Of a stretch of 64,000 nt of DNA, positions 12,816 to 26,936 are shown piece by piece. Each line of letters opens with the position of its first letter. Position 1 is the first letter of the stretch. The DNA comes from Chrysomallon squamiferum (taxonomy: Eukaryota > Animalia > Mollusca), in NCBI GenBank assembly GCA_012295275.1, contig CM022677.1, forward strand, positions 6,634,001 to 6,698,000. The letters are read 5' to 3'. The notes under the pieces were generated by a model. The model was given only the letters and a program-made list of their open reading frames with translations. It searched no databases and was not told the DNA's origin. The position numbers were made by a program, and so were the translations under genes.

Positions 12816-14326
12816 ATCTTCAAGTTGAAATTACTGAAAAACCTGGACGGATAGTAAAAGTTAAATATAGTTAAAACTTTTTAATTTTCAGTTCTTTCTG
12901 TTTCCCATTTTAGAATAATATATTTCTGTAAGGAATGTTTAAAACTAGGAAATAATAATTTAAAAATGATAGAAAAAAACTAAAAATAAAAAAAAAGAGA
13001 GAAAAAATGTACATAAATGAAATTTGTCCGAGTAATTTATAATTTGCTGTTTACATTTTGGAAATATTCAAAACATTAGTTCAAAAATGTGCAAATGGAA
13101 ATGTCTTCTAATTATTTTATAATCTGTATTTTCTCTTTAATTCAATTAACAAACTAGGAAAAAAATAAAATAAAATAAAATAAAATAAATAAATAAAGAA
13201 AGAAAGAAAAGAAAAGAAAAGAACATTAATCTCTTTAAAAAATGAAGTACAATTTTGTATTTAATATATTTCCAAGCTGCATGGAAATTAAAGCTGATTT
13301 GTTTGTACAAAAATTCAAATTACAGATTCAAATTTTCATTTTTTATTCTAAGATATATTATAAGATTATGCAAATTCAGTACTTTGAATATTTTTAGTAA
13401 TGTTTGGAGTTTTTGCCTAACAGTAAAATATAGCCAGGTTATGTTACAATATTTAAAAAAAAAAGAAAATAGTATTTGTTCTTAACTGATTTAAATCCTG
13501 ACATTTGAAAATTCAAACTCATTGCATCTTATCTAAAAACTAATGAAAATGGAAAATATTTCTGAAATTGTTTCAGTTTCTTAACATTAAAAATGTTAAG
13601 GCATATTCAAATAATTTAAAACAAAAATAAATAAATAAAGAATGGCCTTTGAGTGTTTTTATTTTTATTATGTATATATTGATCAAAGTTTTGTGTATTT
13701 ATTGTCAACTAGCAAAAGATAATCTGACAATCATTATTAATATATATATACCTCTCTCTTTCTCGCTCTCTCCACACTCAGTCTTTTTTGTATATTTACA
13801 AACACGTTAAAGTTATATCCCTTAGCAGTGTCAAGCCAAATTTGATTTGCTACATTTAGATGAATTAGCTCATTCTTTAAAATGATTTAGAACAAAATAT
13901 TTCAATAGTACCATATATTTACTCCAACAGTTTATAAAGAGCCAATTTCCATTATTTGTTTGTTTATTTGAGTTATTATTATTACTTAATTAATTATTGT
14001 AAAATTCCTATTTTGCTAAAAACTATTTTTTTTCGATTTGTCCCTTGAATAAAAAAAATGAAATTTTCATATAAATTGTGAGCAGTCAAGATCACTCTGC
14101 ATGATGTTACTAATCAAACTGAAGTTTGTTAAATAAGAAATATAATTACAATAACATTTTAAGACAAAACTAAAGACCACTTTTTTCACAATGAATTCTA
14201 ATAATGAATTATAGTGACATATGCCTTTAAGATTTTGTACTATGAACCGATTTTACTTTTATTTGATACTGTCACAGGCTGTCATAATGACGCCATAATC
14301 AAGCAAATTAATTTTTAATTCTTTAA

Positions 14327-14377
<51 letters not shown>

Positions 14378-15254
14378 GATTATAATTATAGACATACATA
14401 ATTTCATTTTCATTTCTTTAAAATAAAAATGACTGCAAATCTATTTTAAAAAAGACTTGGTTTTAATAGAGCTAAAATTATTTTTTTAATCTGATTAATT
14501 TCAGCTATCTACAAATATTTTTTAATGTCAATAAAAATAATTCAAAATCAAGACAATAATATAAGAATAAATCATTGAAATAATCCAATTAATAATTCTG
14601 TTTTTTATCTCTATTTTTATCTAATTTTTCTTGGGTTTTTTGAAAAGACAACAACAATCAAAACACTTGGAACTTGTATTTACTTTTACATAAACAAGGA
14701 CACTGTCTTTCACATGCAGCAGTTATTTGACAACAAACACTTTAACTCTTTCTCACAGATAACATGTACGTACCAACTCATCCTTTCACATTCACATCTG
14801 TCTATCTCTCTGTATCTATGTCGATTTCTCGTACATACCCATGCCTCAGATAACACAACAATTATAATTTCCTTCAGTACACATATACACATACACTCAT
14901 ACACAACTTGTGTGTACATATATATATATATATATATATACCCATTTTCTTTTTCTAACAGCCGAACACATATACCCACGTCTGTTCGTGTGTTTCTCTG
15001 TCAATCCATGAATTCCACAGTTTTAATAATTTTTCTGTCGCCGCCTGCTTCTTTCTTTGAACAGTCCAAACTATTATTATTATTATTGTTCTATCTATAT
15101 CTTTGTGCATCTCGATTATGTCATCAGTTTTACAGTCTACCACGTAAAACAAGTTTCCGAGGCGAAGACACTGTTAAATAAAAAATACAGGAAAAGGTGA
15201 AGAATTTGAAATAAATATGAAATATCATATTATTTTTCCTGATTCTACATTTTG

Positions 15255-15368
15255 GTTTATAAACTGCGCTGCTCGATAAGCTTAATGTTTTTTTTTTTTT
15301 AATTGTTTACTACTGATAATATCTTTTCATGGCCCTCTAAAACAAATTTTATAAAACTATACATGTAT

Positions 15369-15399
<31 letters not shown>

Positions 15400-17934
15400 T
15401 ATATATATTTTTTTGTTGTTGAGAAATACAGAGGGCCTTTCAAATAAACCATATTTTTAAATATGGTAACCAATATTATACCAGTTAATCTTTAATTTCT
15501 GTGTATAATATTATATTTAATTTGGATGAGCGTAGTTTTCTGAAGATAATTTGAGACTGCTCGACAGAATTTACATTTTTATTTATTACCAGCTGTGCAG
15601 CTTAAACGACTAAACAGACTGAGCGGAAATTACGTTCCATCTTAGTAAAAAAAACCACTGCTTACATCGATATTTTATTACGTTCACCTTTGATTTGCAT
15701 CATAACAAATATATATATATAAACTGTCAATATAATCTAGGATCCAGCTAAAGGAATATCATCGGCTTTTCAAGAATAATCTTGAAAACTGCGCTCATGT
15801 TGACATCATTTATTATCAACGTATTATCAACAAAAATGAATGGATTCTTATAAACTAAAAGCTCAGTTTTCAGCATCATTCAGAGCTTTTTAGTGAAATC
15901 TGTTCTGCTGTTAATCAAATATCACATTTATATGGATCTGACCTGTTAATTATATAGTGGCATTCAGCGTTGGACTTGTAAATTCCGAAATAAATAACTT
16001 AATGACTAGATATACAGGGGAAGCCACTCTATTGTGACAATATTTTTCTCTTAAACTGAGTTACAGTTTCATCTCTACAAAAAAAAAAAAAAAAGAAAAT
16101 TAATACTGAACACATGAGAAGTTACACTTTACTTGAATCACAGAATTTGATTTTGCAAAACAATTACGCGACGTAATTCACGTTTTATACATAAAACCAG
16201 CGACGTTTATATCATAAATTGATACTGAATGAAAATAATGTGATGTTTTACTATGTTTTACCTGTATTTTGCATCATAAACAATACTGATAATTTCACTT
16301 ACAGTTACATTTTATTCTACTAGGAGATGTCTGCTGTATTAATATTATAATTTATAAGTTATGTCGTAAAAAAACACAAAAAAACAACGACAACATGCCT
16401 ATCCATACGTCTTCTACAAAACTTTAAGAATATTTTGTAAAGAACAGAATAGTATAACTTTAAAACCTAGCTGCTACCTTAATGGAATCTCAGCAATTTA
16501 TATTCGAGAATTAATGACATAAATATCATATTTAGTTTCTAGGAGCGTATTTTTCTGAAGATAATTTGAGAACGCTGGACAGAATTTACGTTTTAATTTA
16601 CTACCAGCAGTTTACAGGAATAAATTGAGACAATGAGCGAAAATTACCTGAATCTTATAATAACTGTACTGCTGTTTAACTGATGTTTTTACACGTCATT
16701 ATCAAAACACATTTAAAATATCAAGAATTTTTGTAGTTTACCTCGAAAATTAATATTTCATTGTATTAGATCACCTCTGAATACAATAATAATAATAGAT
16801 AAATATAGATAAAATACAGAATGACTGAGTGAAAATACATTAATAAGTTTCCCTTTTCCCAGGCTTATTTCTGTACAAAACTGAATATTTTGGTAATTAT
16901 ATTCTTATTTTATAGTAGAAATATTTCCTTTCAGAAAATTAACTGATATACTTTCTCTTAACAATAGGAAAAGTCAGACAGGCACGAGTTATCTGCAGAA
17001 AATTATTCATCTTATCAAGTTAACGCCGTTTTTAATAAAATATATCAAAATCTTCTGTGCTGTAACTGAAAATAACATTTTATTTTTCGACTATGTCAAG
17101 GTTATCAAAATTTAGTTTAAGAAACGGCGCAATGTTGTTTTCTGTTACTTACCCCCATATTATTGTGAAACACGGCGCTGTATAATGTCAAACATTTTGT
17201 ATTTAACAATCAGAGAATACAGAAAAGAAAGGTGATATACGGTTATTAAAATCAAATAACGCCGTATAAATACAGTAAATATTTCATTTTTATTTATCAA
17301 AAAAAAAAAATATGTTTAGTAGGAGCGCAGTTAATATGACAGAATGTAGAATCAGTTAAATCGAGAATTATGGAACAGGTTAAGTGATAAAAAAATTAAA
17401 CTTTAATAACAACTAAGGAATTGTGTGAGTATATGTGCGTCATTATTATTATTATTTTTTTTTTTTTTTTCAATTTATTTATTATATATTACAGGAAAAT
17501 ACGAGTATCTCTGTATAATATAAACGGTATTAAGATTGCAGATGGAGAGAAGGCTTTTAGAGTCACAACGGTTATACTGACAAACTGAGAATTACATTTC
17601 TACAGATATCTGAAGAAAGACTGCGCGTCGGAATTTACGTTGTATTCACTGTCAGTATTTTTATGATTAACATGACATATGATTAAATTGAGGTTTATCT
17701 GTAGTAATGTTATTATTATTATTATTATTAAAAATTATAAATGAGTACTGAGGTGTGTGTTGGATTGTAGTGGGATTTTTTTGTTTTTTGATATATTAAA
17801 AATAATAATAATAAAATAAAATAAATAAAATAAAATAAATAAAATAAAATAAAGAAGAAGTCCTTAATAATAATAATAATAAAAAAATAAAATAAATAAA
17901 ATAAAATAAATAAAATAAAATAAAGAAGAAGTCC

Positions 17935-17970
<36 letters not shown>

Positions 17971-18660
17971 TTAATGAAACATTATTATAGCTGAAACTCA
18001 GTTTATTCATTTACACAACAGTACTCACATTAATATATTTATTCTCAACTTGTTAATGTTACCGTTCTGACTCTAGAAGACTGTACTTACAGATAATAAA
18101 CTGTGATAGATAATAAAATGTATCTCACCTGTCTCTGTTTTGTAGCCTTTACGTTTTACAATATTTGTTAAATATGTTGTGTAAACCACATTAATTTAAA
18201 GCGATCAAGCATTTCACTTTAAAAAGGTATATGTTGATTCATACCATCAGTCTGTAATTAATCTTCACTTTTTGTCTAAAAGTCTAATTTTCTGAGAACT
18301 TGAATGTCACAACAGTAATTATCCTTTAGTTCCTAGCAGTAGTGTAAATTAATATACTTTAATAGGATGAATCATTTTCTGCAAATGTATTTAATGCAAA
18401 GTTTATAATTACTGCCAGTAGAGCTGTTTTAATGAATACATTGAGATTTGGTTTAAATAACCTATATTTTATATCATTTTTTCTCAGTCTCAATTCACGT
18501 TTATGAACAGTGCTCCTATTACAAAATAAACGGGATATCTCAAGGTTAAAATATACTGAAAAAGTTTAAAAAAAGAAAGAAAAGTCACGTTGTAGTCATT
18601 TATTCTCAAGTTATCAGAAGCGCAGTTTATACAACGAAAGTTAAAATCAACGAAAATAAC
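15255..18660. repeat. Decayed repeat region with direct and inverted copies of a GAGCG(C/T)AGTTTTCTGAAGATAATTTGAG-type unit
   Basis: 15527-15645 is similar to 16541-16657 (direct). 15770-15797 is the reverse complement of 15527-15555. Shorter GAGCGCAGTT/AACTGCGC cores occur at ~15262, 17322, 17618 and 18618. Confidence 0.6.
17800..17970. repeat. 71 bp near-perfect tandem duplication in AT microsatellite
   Basis: ..aaataaagaagaagtccttaataataataat occurs twice (gtcctt at 17860 and 17931). Confidence 0.8.
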
Positions 18661-19224
18661 TTAATATTTTATTAATTACATTAATAACTCTGAACATAAT
18701 TTATTATTTAATATTACTATAGAAGGTCCTCCATATTTCTGATTATACTTTCCGGTTTCATAAGGAAGAGGCCACAAATCTTACCACTGTTTCTGCATGA
18801 CTGTAACGAGTTAAAAATCACGCGATAATAAATTTGTCACATAAACAGTGGTGGTGATTTTATCAGAAGGCTTTATTACAGGAAAATGTGAGAATTAATT
18901 ACAGGTGTATGATGGTAACAACTGAATACAGCAAATGGATCTTTCTGTCTGTCTGGTATATTACGTGACGCTGCACCTAAAAAGAAAATATCTGATAATT
19001 CGTTTTTATCAATCTCAATTTAAATCATTTTTCAAAGAAAGATTTATTTGGGATCATCGTTATTTTCCGGCTGCCAAAACTGTCGCATATTATGACATCT
19101 AAAATAATAATATGATGCTTGCTGAAGGACGAAGTTAGTTTCATTTTTACAACATCTTCGTCTTAGAATTTTGTTTATACATGGTATAATTTGTTGATAG
19201 TGTAAAACTAATGACGTAAGGTAA

Positions 19225-20000
19225 TTTTAATGCCAATACCCCCAAACCTTAATTCTTACGCAAAGGCTACTTCTAATGATGATGCTAAAATTATTTTTAT
19301 TATTATTATAACATTCATAGTAATATTTACAATATCCCTAACATTGAGCCCTATCTCTAACTCTGACCTAAAACTATTTTCCACACTACCGTAATCCTAA
19401 GTCTAACCCAAACAATAACCCTAATCTTAACCCTAACCTAACCTAACCCTAGCTCAAATTCTAAACCTAATCCTAACTAAGTCCACAACGTGGATTTTTA
19501 CATTAACGCTCCTCCTAATGGTGACCCTAAAATTATTTTGCATATTATCGTAACACTGATAATAATCTTTAAATAAACATCACCTTAACCCTTACCCTAA
19601 CCCGAAATTAACCCTAACCCTAACCTTTAATCCTAACCTAACCCTATCCCCGACTCTATCCCTAACACTAATACTAACTCTGATCATAAAACTGTTTTGC
19701 AGATTATCATAAAACTCATAATAAACTTTGAATAATCCTAACCCTAACCCTCATCCTAAAGCTAACCACAGCCGAACTTCTAAAGCTAATCTTACTCAAG
19801 TCCCGATCCTTGATTCTTAACGCTACTTCTAATCGTGAGCCTAAAATTATTTCCACATTATAATAACCTCATACTAAAATTTACATAACCCGAGCCCGAA
19901 CCCTAACCCTAACCTTCAGCCCTAACTCTGACGCTAAAGAAGTGCCTAACTTTAAATCTTATGCAAAGTCTATTTCTAACCCTGACCCTAAAACTATTAT
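19225..20000 (+). repeat. Interstitial telomere-like (CCCTAA)n degenerate array embedded in a 150-240 bp higher-order repeat
   Basis: Runs such as aaccctaatcttaaccctaacctaacctaaccct (19417-19450), ttaaccctaaccctaacc (19608-19626) and cccgaaccctaaccctaacc (19895-19914). They are separated by a recurring ctacttctaat..cctaaaattattt..attatcataac spacer. Confidence 0.85.
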
Positions 20001-20607
20001 TAAGGTTATTTTATAGATTTAACTTTTTAGTCATTTGACCTACTTAAATATTGTTGTTGTTTTTTTGTTGTTTTTTCTTGCAGATTGGAGCAAACTTTGA
20101 GATGAACATCGAGAAGAAATTTTTTAATTATTTTTTTATTATGGTCCTTTTTCTTAACTTGTTTATACATTTTGCCTGTGTGGAGTCTATAGAAACAGAT
20201 AACGTGTTTTCAGTTTAGTTAGGTAGTTAACGTGACTCAGTGCTTTTATTATTTATCGCTAACACGTGTTTCAATAACAAGCTGAACAACTTTCAGTACA
20301 GAATCCAGTTATTCATAAGCAAAGAAATTTAAATAGATGAAACACAGGACATTATCAATATCAAACATAGAAAAATTTGATAATAAAGGAATTATCATTA
20401 TTATTATAATTATTACATGAATTTTATTTCAAATATTTTAAATTACATTAAACCATTAAACCAAGTGTTTCCTCTGTACCTAGTGTTATCTTGAATACAA
20501 CAAAGGTTAAAGATTTATTTTAAGAAGTGTTTTATCTGGGTCAGTCACGCGGTCAGCAGATTGTTGTAGAGAGAAATATTTGATATCAGGTCTGTACTCA
20601 TTAAATC

Positions 20608-20807
20608 NNNNNNNNNNNNNNNNNNNNNNNNNNNNNNNNNNNNNNNNNNNNNNNNNNNNNNNNNNNNNNNNNNNNNNNNNNNNNNNNNNNNNNNNNNNNN
20701 NNNNNNNNNNNNNNNNNNNNNNNNNNNNNNNNNNNNNNNNNNNNNNNNNNNNNNNNNNNNNNNNNNNNNNNNNNNNNNNNNNNNNNNNNNNNNNNNNNNN
20801 NNNNNNN
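20608..20807. other. Assembly gap (200 N)
   Basis: Run of N. The round length suggests a scaffolding join of unknown true size. Confidence 0.99.
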
Positions 20808-23009
20808 TAACAACGATAATATCAATATCAATAATAATAATAACAATACTTCACCAGACCGTAGTCGCCCACATTCTCAACAAAACGCAATAATTTATTG
20901 ACCTGAAACGCAATACCCGTAACCATTTCTCAATAACAGAACAAATAACAACGAAAACCTGTAACATCTAGATTGATAAAGAAAATGTGTATTTAAACTG
21001 ACTCTTGTTAAAATGTTTAACCCATTTAAAACATTTAATGGATAAGTAAAGAAATTATGAAGAAATTATATTAAATGTGTTTATGGTGTATTTGAGATAC
21101 TATTTAATTATTTTAAAAATAATAATAAAAAGTACTAGTGTAGCAGTAGAAAAAGAAATAGTTTAAGAAATAAAGACGAATAATCGTACTGAATTAAATA
21201 CTAAGTATAATTTAAATTAATTTCATATAAATTCTGTGACATGACTCGTTGCGCGAGTTATTCCCCTTAGATTATAAATGTTTTCGCTTTAACTCGATTA
21301 CAAGCATTTACTAATATTTTATTCTGTTTTGCTAAATAATAAACTAAAAGGAATACTTAATCAACAAAATTGATTATTTATTTCAACAGTATTTATTTTA
21401 GATGATTGAGGTTTATTTATATCAAATTGGATATACAGAGCGAAGTGATTGTACGTAAAGAAAGATATTAACGGATTTGTGAGAATCTTTTTTGTTTCCT
21501 AACAACACAAAATAACCTATATTAAAATATTAAATAAAAAAAAAAAAAACAAACATAAATAAATAAATAAATAAATAAATAAAGTAAGTAAGAAGAAAAA
21601 CACAGAAAAAAAAACAGTAATGATTATCTAATATAGTAACTAAAGATAAATAAAATAAGAGAATAAAAAATTGAGTTTATTATGATTTTTATTAGAAGAC
21701 ATTATACACTTAGTCTTCACGTTTTTTAATTATGTTGCAAATTTAACTGTAAACGTTATTAAAAAGAAAAAGTAAAACAAAAATATTAAAACAATAACAT
21801 GACACACCATGTAAGACGGTGAAATTATTAATTTTTTAATTTTCTATTTTTATTATTACTATTTGTTTATTTTCTTCTCTTTTTTTTATTATTATTATTA
21901 TTATATATATATATTTCCTTTCTTTTGGTAAAGAAAGAAATTTAAAATAATGGTTAAAATATCAACTTTAACGGGGTGTATACGGTTTATCTATCTTAAT
22001 ATACAAACAAAATTGAAAACGGTAGGCGATTCAAGCTGTATATGGTGTTTCTTCTTGACTGAATTATTTCCCTTAGCATTTTTTTTACATACCGTCAAAC
22101 AATTTGAATATTAGTAACAGAATGTTTTTCTTTTTAATTTCTTAATAGCAGGAGCAGTTAAAATAGTAGTAGTAGCAGCAGCAGAAGTATAGAGTAATTG
22201 CAGTTATATTAGATTTTAAATGTATATGATTAATAGAGTATTTGGTGCTACTTTGGCGTCTGACCTACGTGATCTAGCGATCAACACCGAGAACATTCTA
22301 CGCGTTTATTTTATTTATTATTTTCTTTAGTCTTGGCTTTTTATTATATATTTATACTTCACAGAGAAAGATTTCAATGGACCTTGTTATTCAAATCTGT
22401 AAATAGGAAAAAAAACATTTCCTGCGCGAGGTTGGAGGATTTCACCGTTTTTCCCTTTACTTCCAGCTGCCTTCATTTCTCCACCACAATTTTATTTATT
22501 TATTTAGTATTTAGTAGTAGTAGTAATATTAGTATTAGTATTATTTTAATATTAATTTCACATAATTAACGTTTGAACTTTATTACTGCATTTTATTATG
22601 ATTAAAAAGAAAAAAGAGACGTGCCTTACAACTTTGAATATTCATAACTTTCTTTACACACGTAGCTTGATTTTTCAGTCTTCAGTATTTCAAATATTTA
22701 GTGGCGTTGTGACGCGCGCGCGCGTGTATGTCTGTGTGTGTGACTGTGTGCTATAAATATCTGATCTTTAATCTTCTGAAATGCACAAACTCGGTTACAA
22801 CCTGGATCCCACTCCAGAAAGGTGTTGCAGATAATAATTAGGGACAATACAATGTATGTAATCACGAGACTAAAACGCAATTAAAGGCGCAAGTAAAAGT
22901 TTTAAAACAATTCGTATGTAAACTTATTATCCATGAATCTACTGTACTACTCTGATCTTGAGAACGAACTTTTCACAATAAACAACTCATTTCATAATTT
23001 GTATCATGT

Positions 23010-23122
23010 ATCTCTCTCTCTCTGTCTTTCTCTGTCTTTCTCGCTCTGTCTCTCTCTGTGTGAATCTCTCCGACTCTCTCTGTGTCTCTCTTTGTCTCTC
23101 TGTCCCTGTCTCACTTTCTCTT

Positions 23123-23214
<92 letters not shown>

Positions 23215-25130
23215 CTCTCCTCTCTCTGTCTCTCTGTCTCTCTCAGTATCTTTCCCTTTCTCTCTCTGTCTCTGTCTCCTTTTCTCGCTTATCTCTGTCT
23301 CTCTGTCTCTCTTTCTGCCTCACTCTCTTTCTCAGTTTCTCTGCCTGTCTCTCTCTGTGTCTGTTTCTCTATCTGCACCTCTGACTCTGTTTTTCTCTGT
23401 CTCTCTCTCTCTGTCACTCTTTCTATCTCTGTGTATATCTTTTTGCCTCTGTCTTTCTCACTCTGTTTCTCTCTTTATCTCTCTTTCTTCTCTGCTCTCT
23501 CTTTTTCTTTTATCTCTCTTACTCTCACTCTCTGCTTCTCTCTTTCTCTGTCTGACTCTCTCTCTCTGTCTCTCTCTCTTTCTCGCTCTATCTCATTCTT
23601 TCTCTGACTATCTTTTTCTCTCTGTCTCTGTCTCTTTGTCTGTCTCTCTCCGTCTCTCTCGCTTTCTCTCTGTCAAATATCTTTTTGCTCTGTCTCTCTG
23701 TTTATCTCTCTCTGTGTGTCTCCTTTCTCTGTCTCTCTGTCTCTCTCAGTATCTTTCCCTGTCTCTCTCTGTCTCCTTCTCTCACTGTATCTGTGTCTCT
23801 TTTCCTCTGTCTCTCTTTCTGTCTCTCTCTTTTTCTCTCTGTCTCTCTCTTTCTCAGTTTCTCTGCCTGTCTCTGTTCTCTCTATGCATCTCTGACGCTG
23901 TCTTTCTCTGTCTCTCTGAGTCTCTGTCTTTGTCTGTCTATCTCTCTCTGTCTCTGTCACTCTTTCAATCTCTGTGTATTTCTCTCTGTCTCTGTCTTTC
24001 TTACTCTGTTTCTCTCTGAATCTTTCTCTCTCTGCTCTTTATCTCTCTTACTCTTTCTTTCTGTCTCTCTCTCTGTCCATGTCTCTCTTTTTCTCTCTTT
24101 CTCGCTCTATCTCATTCTTCCTCTGACTCTCTTTCTCTCTCTATCTCCTTCTCTCACTGTATCTCTGTCTCTGTCTCTCTTTCTTTCTCTCTGTCTCTCT
24201 TTCTGCCTCTCTTTTTCTCTCTCTCTCTTTCTCAGTTTCTCTGCCTGTCTCTCTCTCTGATTCTCTGTCTTTCTCTGTCTCTCTCTCTCTGTCTCTGTCT
24301 CTCTTTCTCTCTCTTTTTTCTCTCTGTCTCTCTCTAACTGTCTCTATCGGTCTCTTTGTCTCTCTCTCTCTCAAGTATCTTCTGCTCTCTGTCTCTCTCG
24401 GTCTTTCTCCCTTTCTCTCTCTGAGTGGCTTTCTCTTAGTGTCTCTTTTCTTCTCTGTCTCTCTGTCTCTCTCTCTTTCTTTCTCTCTCTATTTATCTAT
24501 GAAACACTCTTTACCTCTCTGACACTCTTTGTCTCTCTTTCTGTCTCTCCCTTTCTCTATCTGTGTCTTTCTCTCTCTGACTCTCTCTGTGTCTTTCTCT
24601 CTTTTTCTATACCTTTCTATTTTTTCTCTCTCCGTCTCTCACGCTTTCTCTCTGTCTCTTTCTTTCTCTTGGGTCTCTTTGTCTCTCTCTGTCTTTCTTG
24701 CTTTCTCTGTCTGTCTCTCCTGTCTTTCTCTGTCTGTCTCTCCTGTCTTTCTCTGTCTCTCTCTCTTTCTCTCTCTGTCTCTCTTTCTCTCTGTCTCTCT
24801 CTTTCTCTCTCTGTCTCTTTCTCTGTCTCTATCTCTCTTTCTCTCTTCCCCGTCTTTCTCTGTCTCTCTCTTTCTCTCTCTGTCTCTCTGTCTCTCTCTC
24901 TTTCTCTATCTGTCTCTCTCTTTCTCTCTGTCTCTCTCTTTCTCTCTCTGTCTCTTTCTCTGTCTCTATCTCTCTTTCTCTCTTCCCCGTCTTTCTCTGT
25001 CTCTCTCTTTCTCTCTCTGTCTCTCTGTCTCTCTCTCTTTCTCCATCTGCCTCTCTCGCTTTCTCTCTGTCTCTCTGTCTCTCTCTATGTATCTCTATCT
25101 ATCTATCTATCTATCTCTCTCTGTCTCTCA
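23010..25130 (+). repeat. ~2.1 kb degenerate (CT)n/(CTGT)n polypyrimidine tract with internal higher-order duplications
   Basis: Almost exclusively C/T on the + strand. Blocks such as ctctttctctcttccccgtctttctctgtc recur (~24835 and ~24972). Confidence 0.95.
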
Positions 25131-26779
25131 TAGACATCCTTTTATTTAATAATAGCAATAATAAAGAAAGAAAAGCATCTTACCAATTTTCTTTCTTCTT
25201 CTCTTCACGTTCTTCCTTTCCGAAAAAACAAGAAACTCTTATGTGCAGTTACTTAAATTCGGAAACCTATTCCAGAATTTTTATATAATCAGTGGTAACT
25301 CCAGGAAAAATAATAATTATAACAGACCTTAAAATATACGTGAAAGACCTACTATTATTATTACTTATAATAGTACTAATACTAATAATAATACTAATAA
25401 TTAGAAATATGTTTACGTAAAGTAACTGACTGATTAAAGCTAGCAATGTAAATTAAGAATACTGCCTCGACTTGAACGTTTTATAGCGCTTTACTGTAAC
25501 TCCGCCTTCATAAACACTGGTATCATACCAATCACAGCATGTACAAAGCTAAGCTAGCTGCTTTATATACTTGAGTTCAATCCACGGCATATGATTTCTA
25601 TCATTCATTAAATAACAGATTCATAACGTTTTATGCTTCGGAAAGTTTAACACGTTTCAGCATGTTTCTGTAGAAAAACGAGATGTTTGTGATCTAGTAA
25701 AAACCCAGCATTTCAGAACAAACCTGCGAGTGAAAAAATTCAGTCTTCTTCTTTGTGTGCGTGTGTTTGGTGTTTGATTATTAATCAGAAATTAACCACA
25801 TTTCTTGACCAAACAAAAATTTAAACAAGAATAAAATGATGTGGTATTTGTTTATACAGAGGTGGCCAATATTCAAACACTTAATTTAAACTAAATAATT
25901 TTAATATTATATAATCTGCATCTTGTCATTTAACTTAACTGTCCATTTAATAATAATAATAACTACAACAACAACAACAACAACAACAACAATACTAATA
26001 ATAATAATCATAACGCTGCTGCTGCTGATAATGATGATAAATAAATAAATATCATAGAAGACGTATTTATATTTTTAGATACACTCACCTACACACAAAC
26101 ACATACAGACATACACCCAGTGATAGCGAAACACACATAGCCACACATGCATTCACACAAAGATACATAGAATCGGAGAAACACAGTGCCTGAGTGACGT
26201 AAAATAACTCCAAGTTCAATTTTTGGAACAATTTAAGTCATAAAACTTTGAGAACAAAAAGTTTACGTAGAGTGTCAGTAATAATCAATTAGTACTTATG
26301 AATGTTTTCAACATTTGTCAACTTTTTGAAATTTATTTATTTATTAATCACAAGCAGAAAGTAAAATCAGCATATTTCTTAAACAATTAATTACTAACTT
26401 TAAGAGGCGGACATAAATAGAATTAATTACGCTCTTGTAATATCACGTGATAATATTACTTGATATTATATTATCATGTTAATTTTATCTTTATATCAAA
26501 TGAGACTAACTCACTGGATTATAAACAATAAATCGGTTTAGAAGAACAAAATGCCCAAGAAAATCTCCTGTTTTCTGTAGCTTTCGTTAAAATTAGTCTG
26601 GTTTGTCTTTACTAAATTAGAAAATGTCATAAAACTTTCACTTGAGACTGATCTTAGAGGAAAGTGTAATAAAGAGGTTATCGTTATTATTTAATTTTAT
26701 AGCTTTTAACAGCACTAATACTGTGTCAAGACAAATATTATTATCTAATATCTCTTTCTGACGCTCTCATTATAACATT

Positions 26780-26840
26780 ACGTTTATTATTATTATTGCT
26801 ATTCTTCTTCTTCTTCTTCTTCATATTATTATTATTGTTG

Positions 26841-26935
<95 letters not shown>

Positions 26936-26936
26936 T
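26780..26936. repeat. Compound (TTC)n/(TTG)n/(ATT)n microsatellite
   Basis: Direct observation. Confidence 0.95.

Noticed and set aside
14714-15181. 155 aa ORF
   Set aside because: It is low complexity, spans (AT)n and (ATT)n tracts, and has no domain motif.
22933-25288. Long Leu/Ser-rich ORFs (up to 337 aa)
   Set aside because: They are translations of the CT microsatellite tract, open in several frames only because stops cannot form.
25525-25660. CCAAT and TATA-like boxes followed by ATG (possible protease promoter)
   Set aside because: No open signal-peptide exon follows, and such motifs are expected by chance at this AT content.
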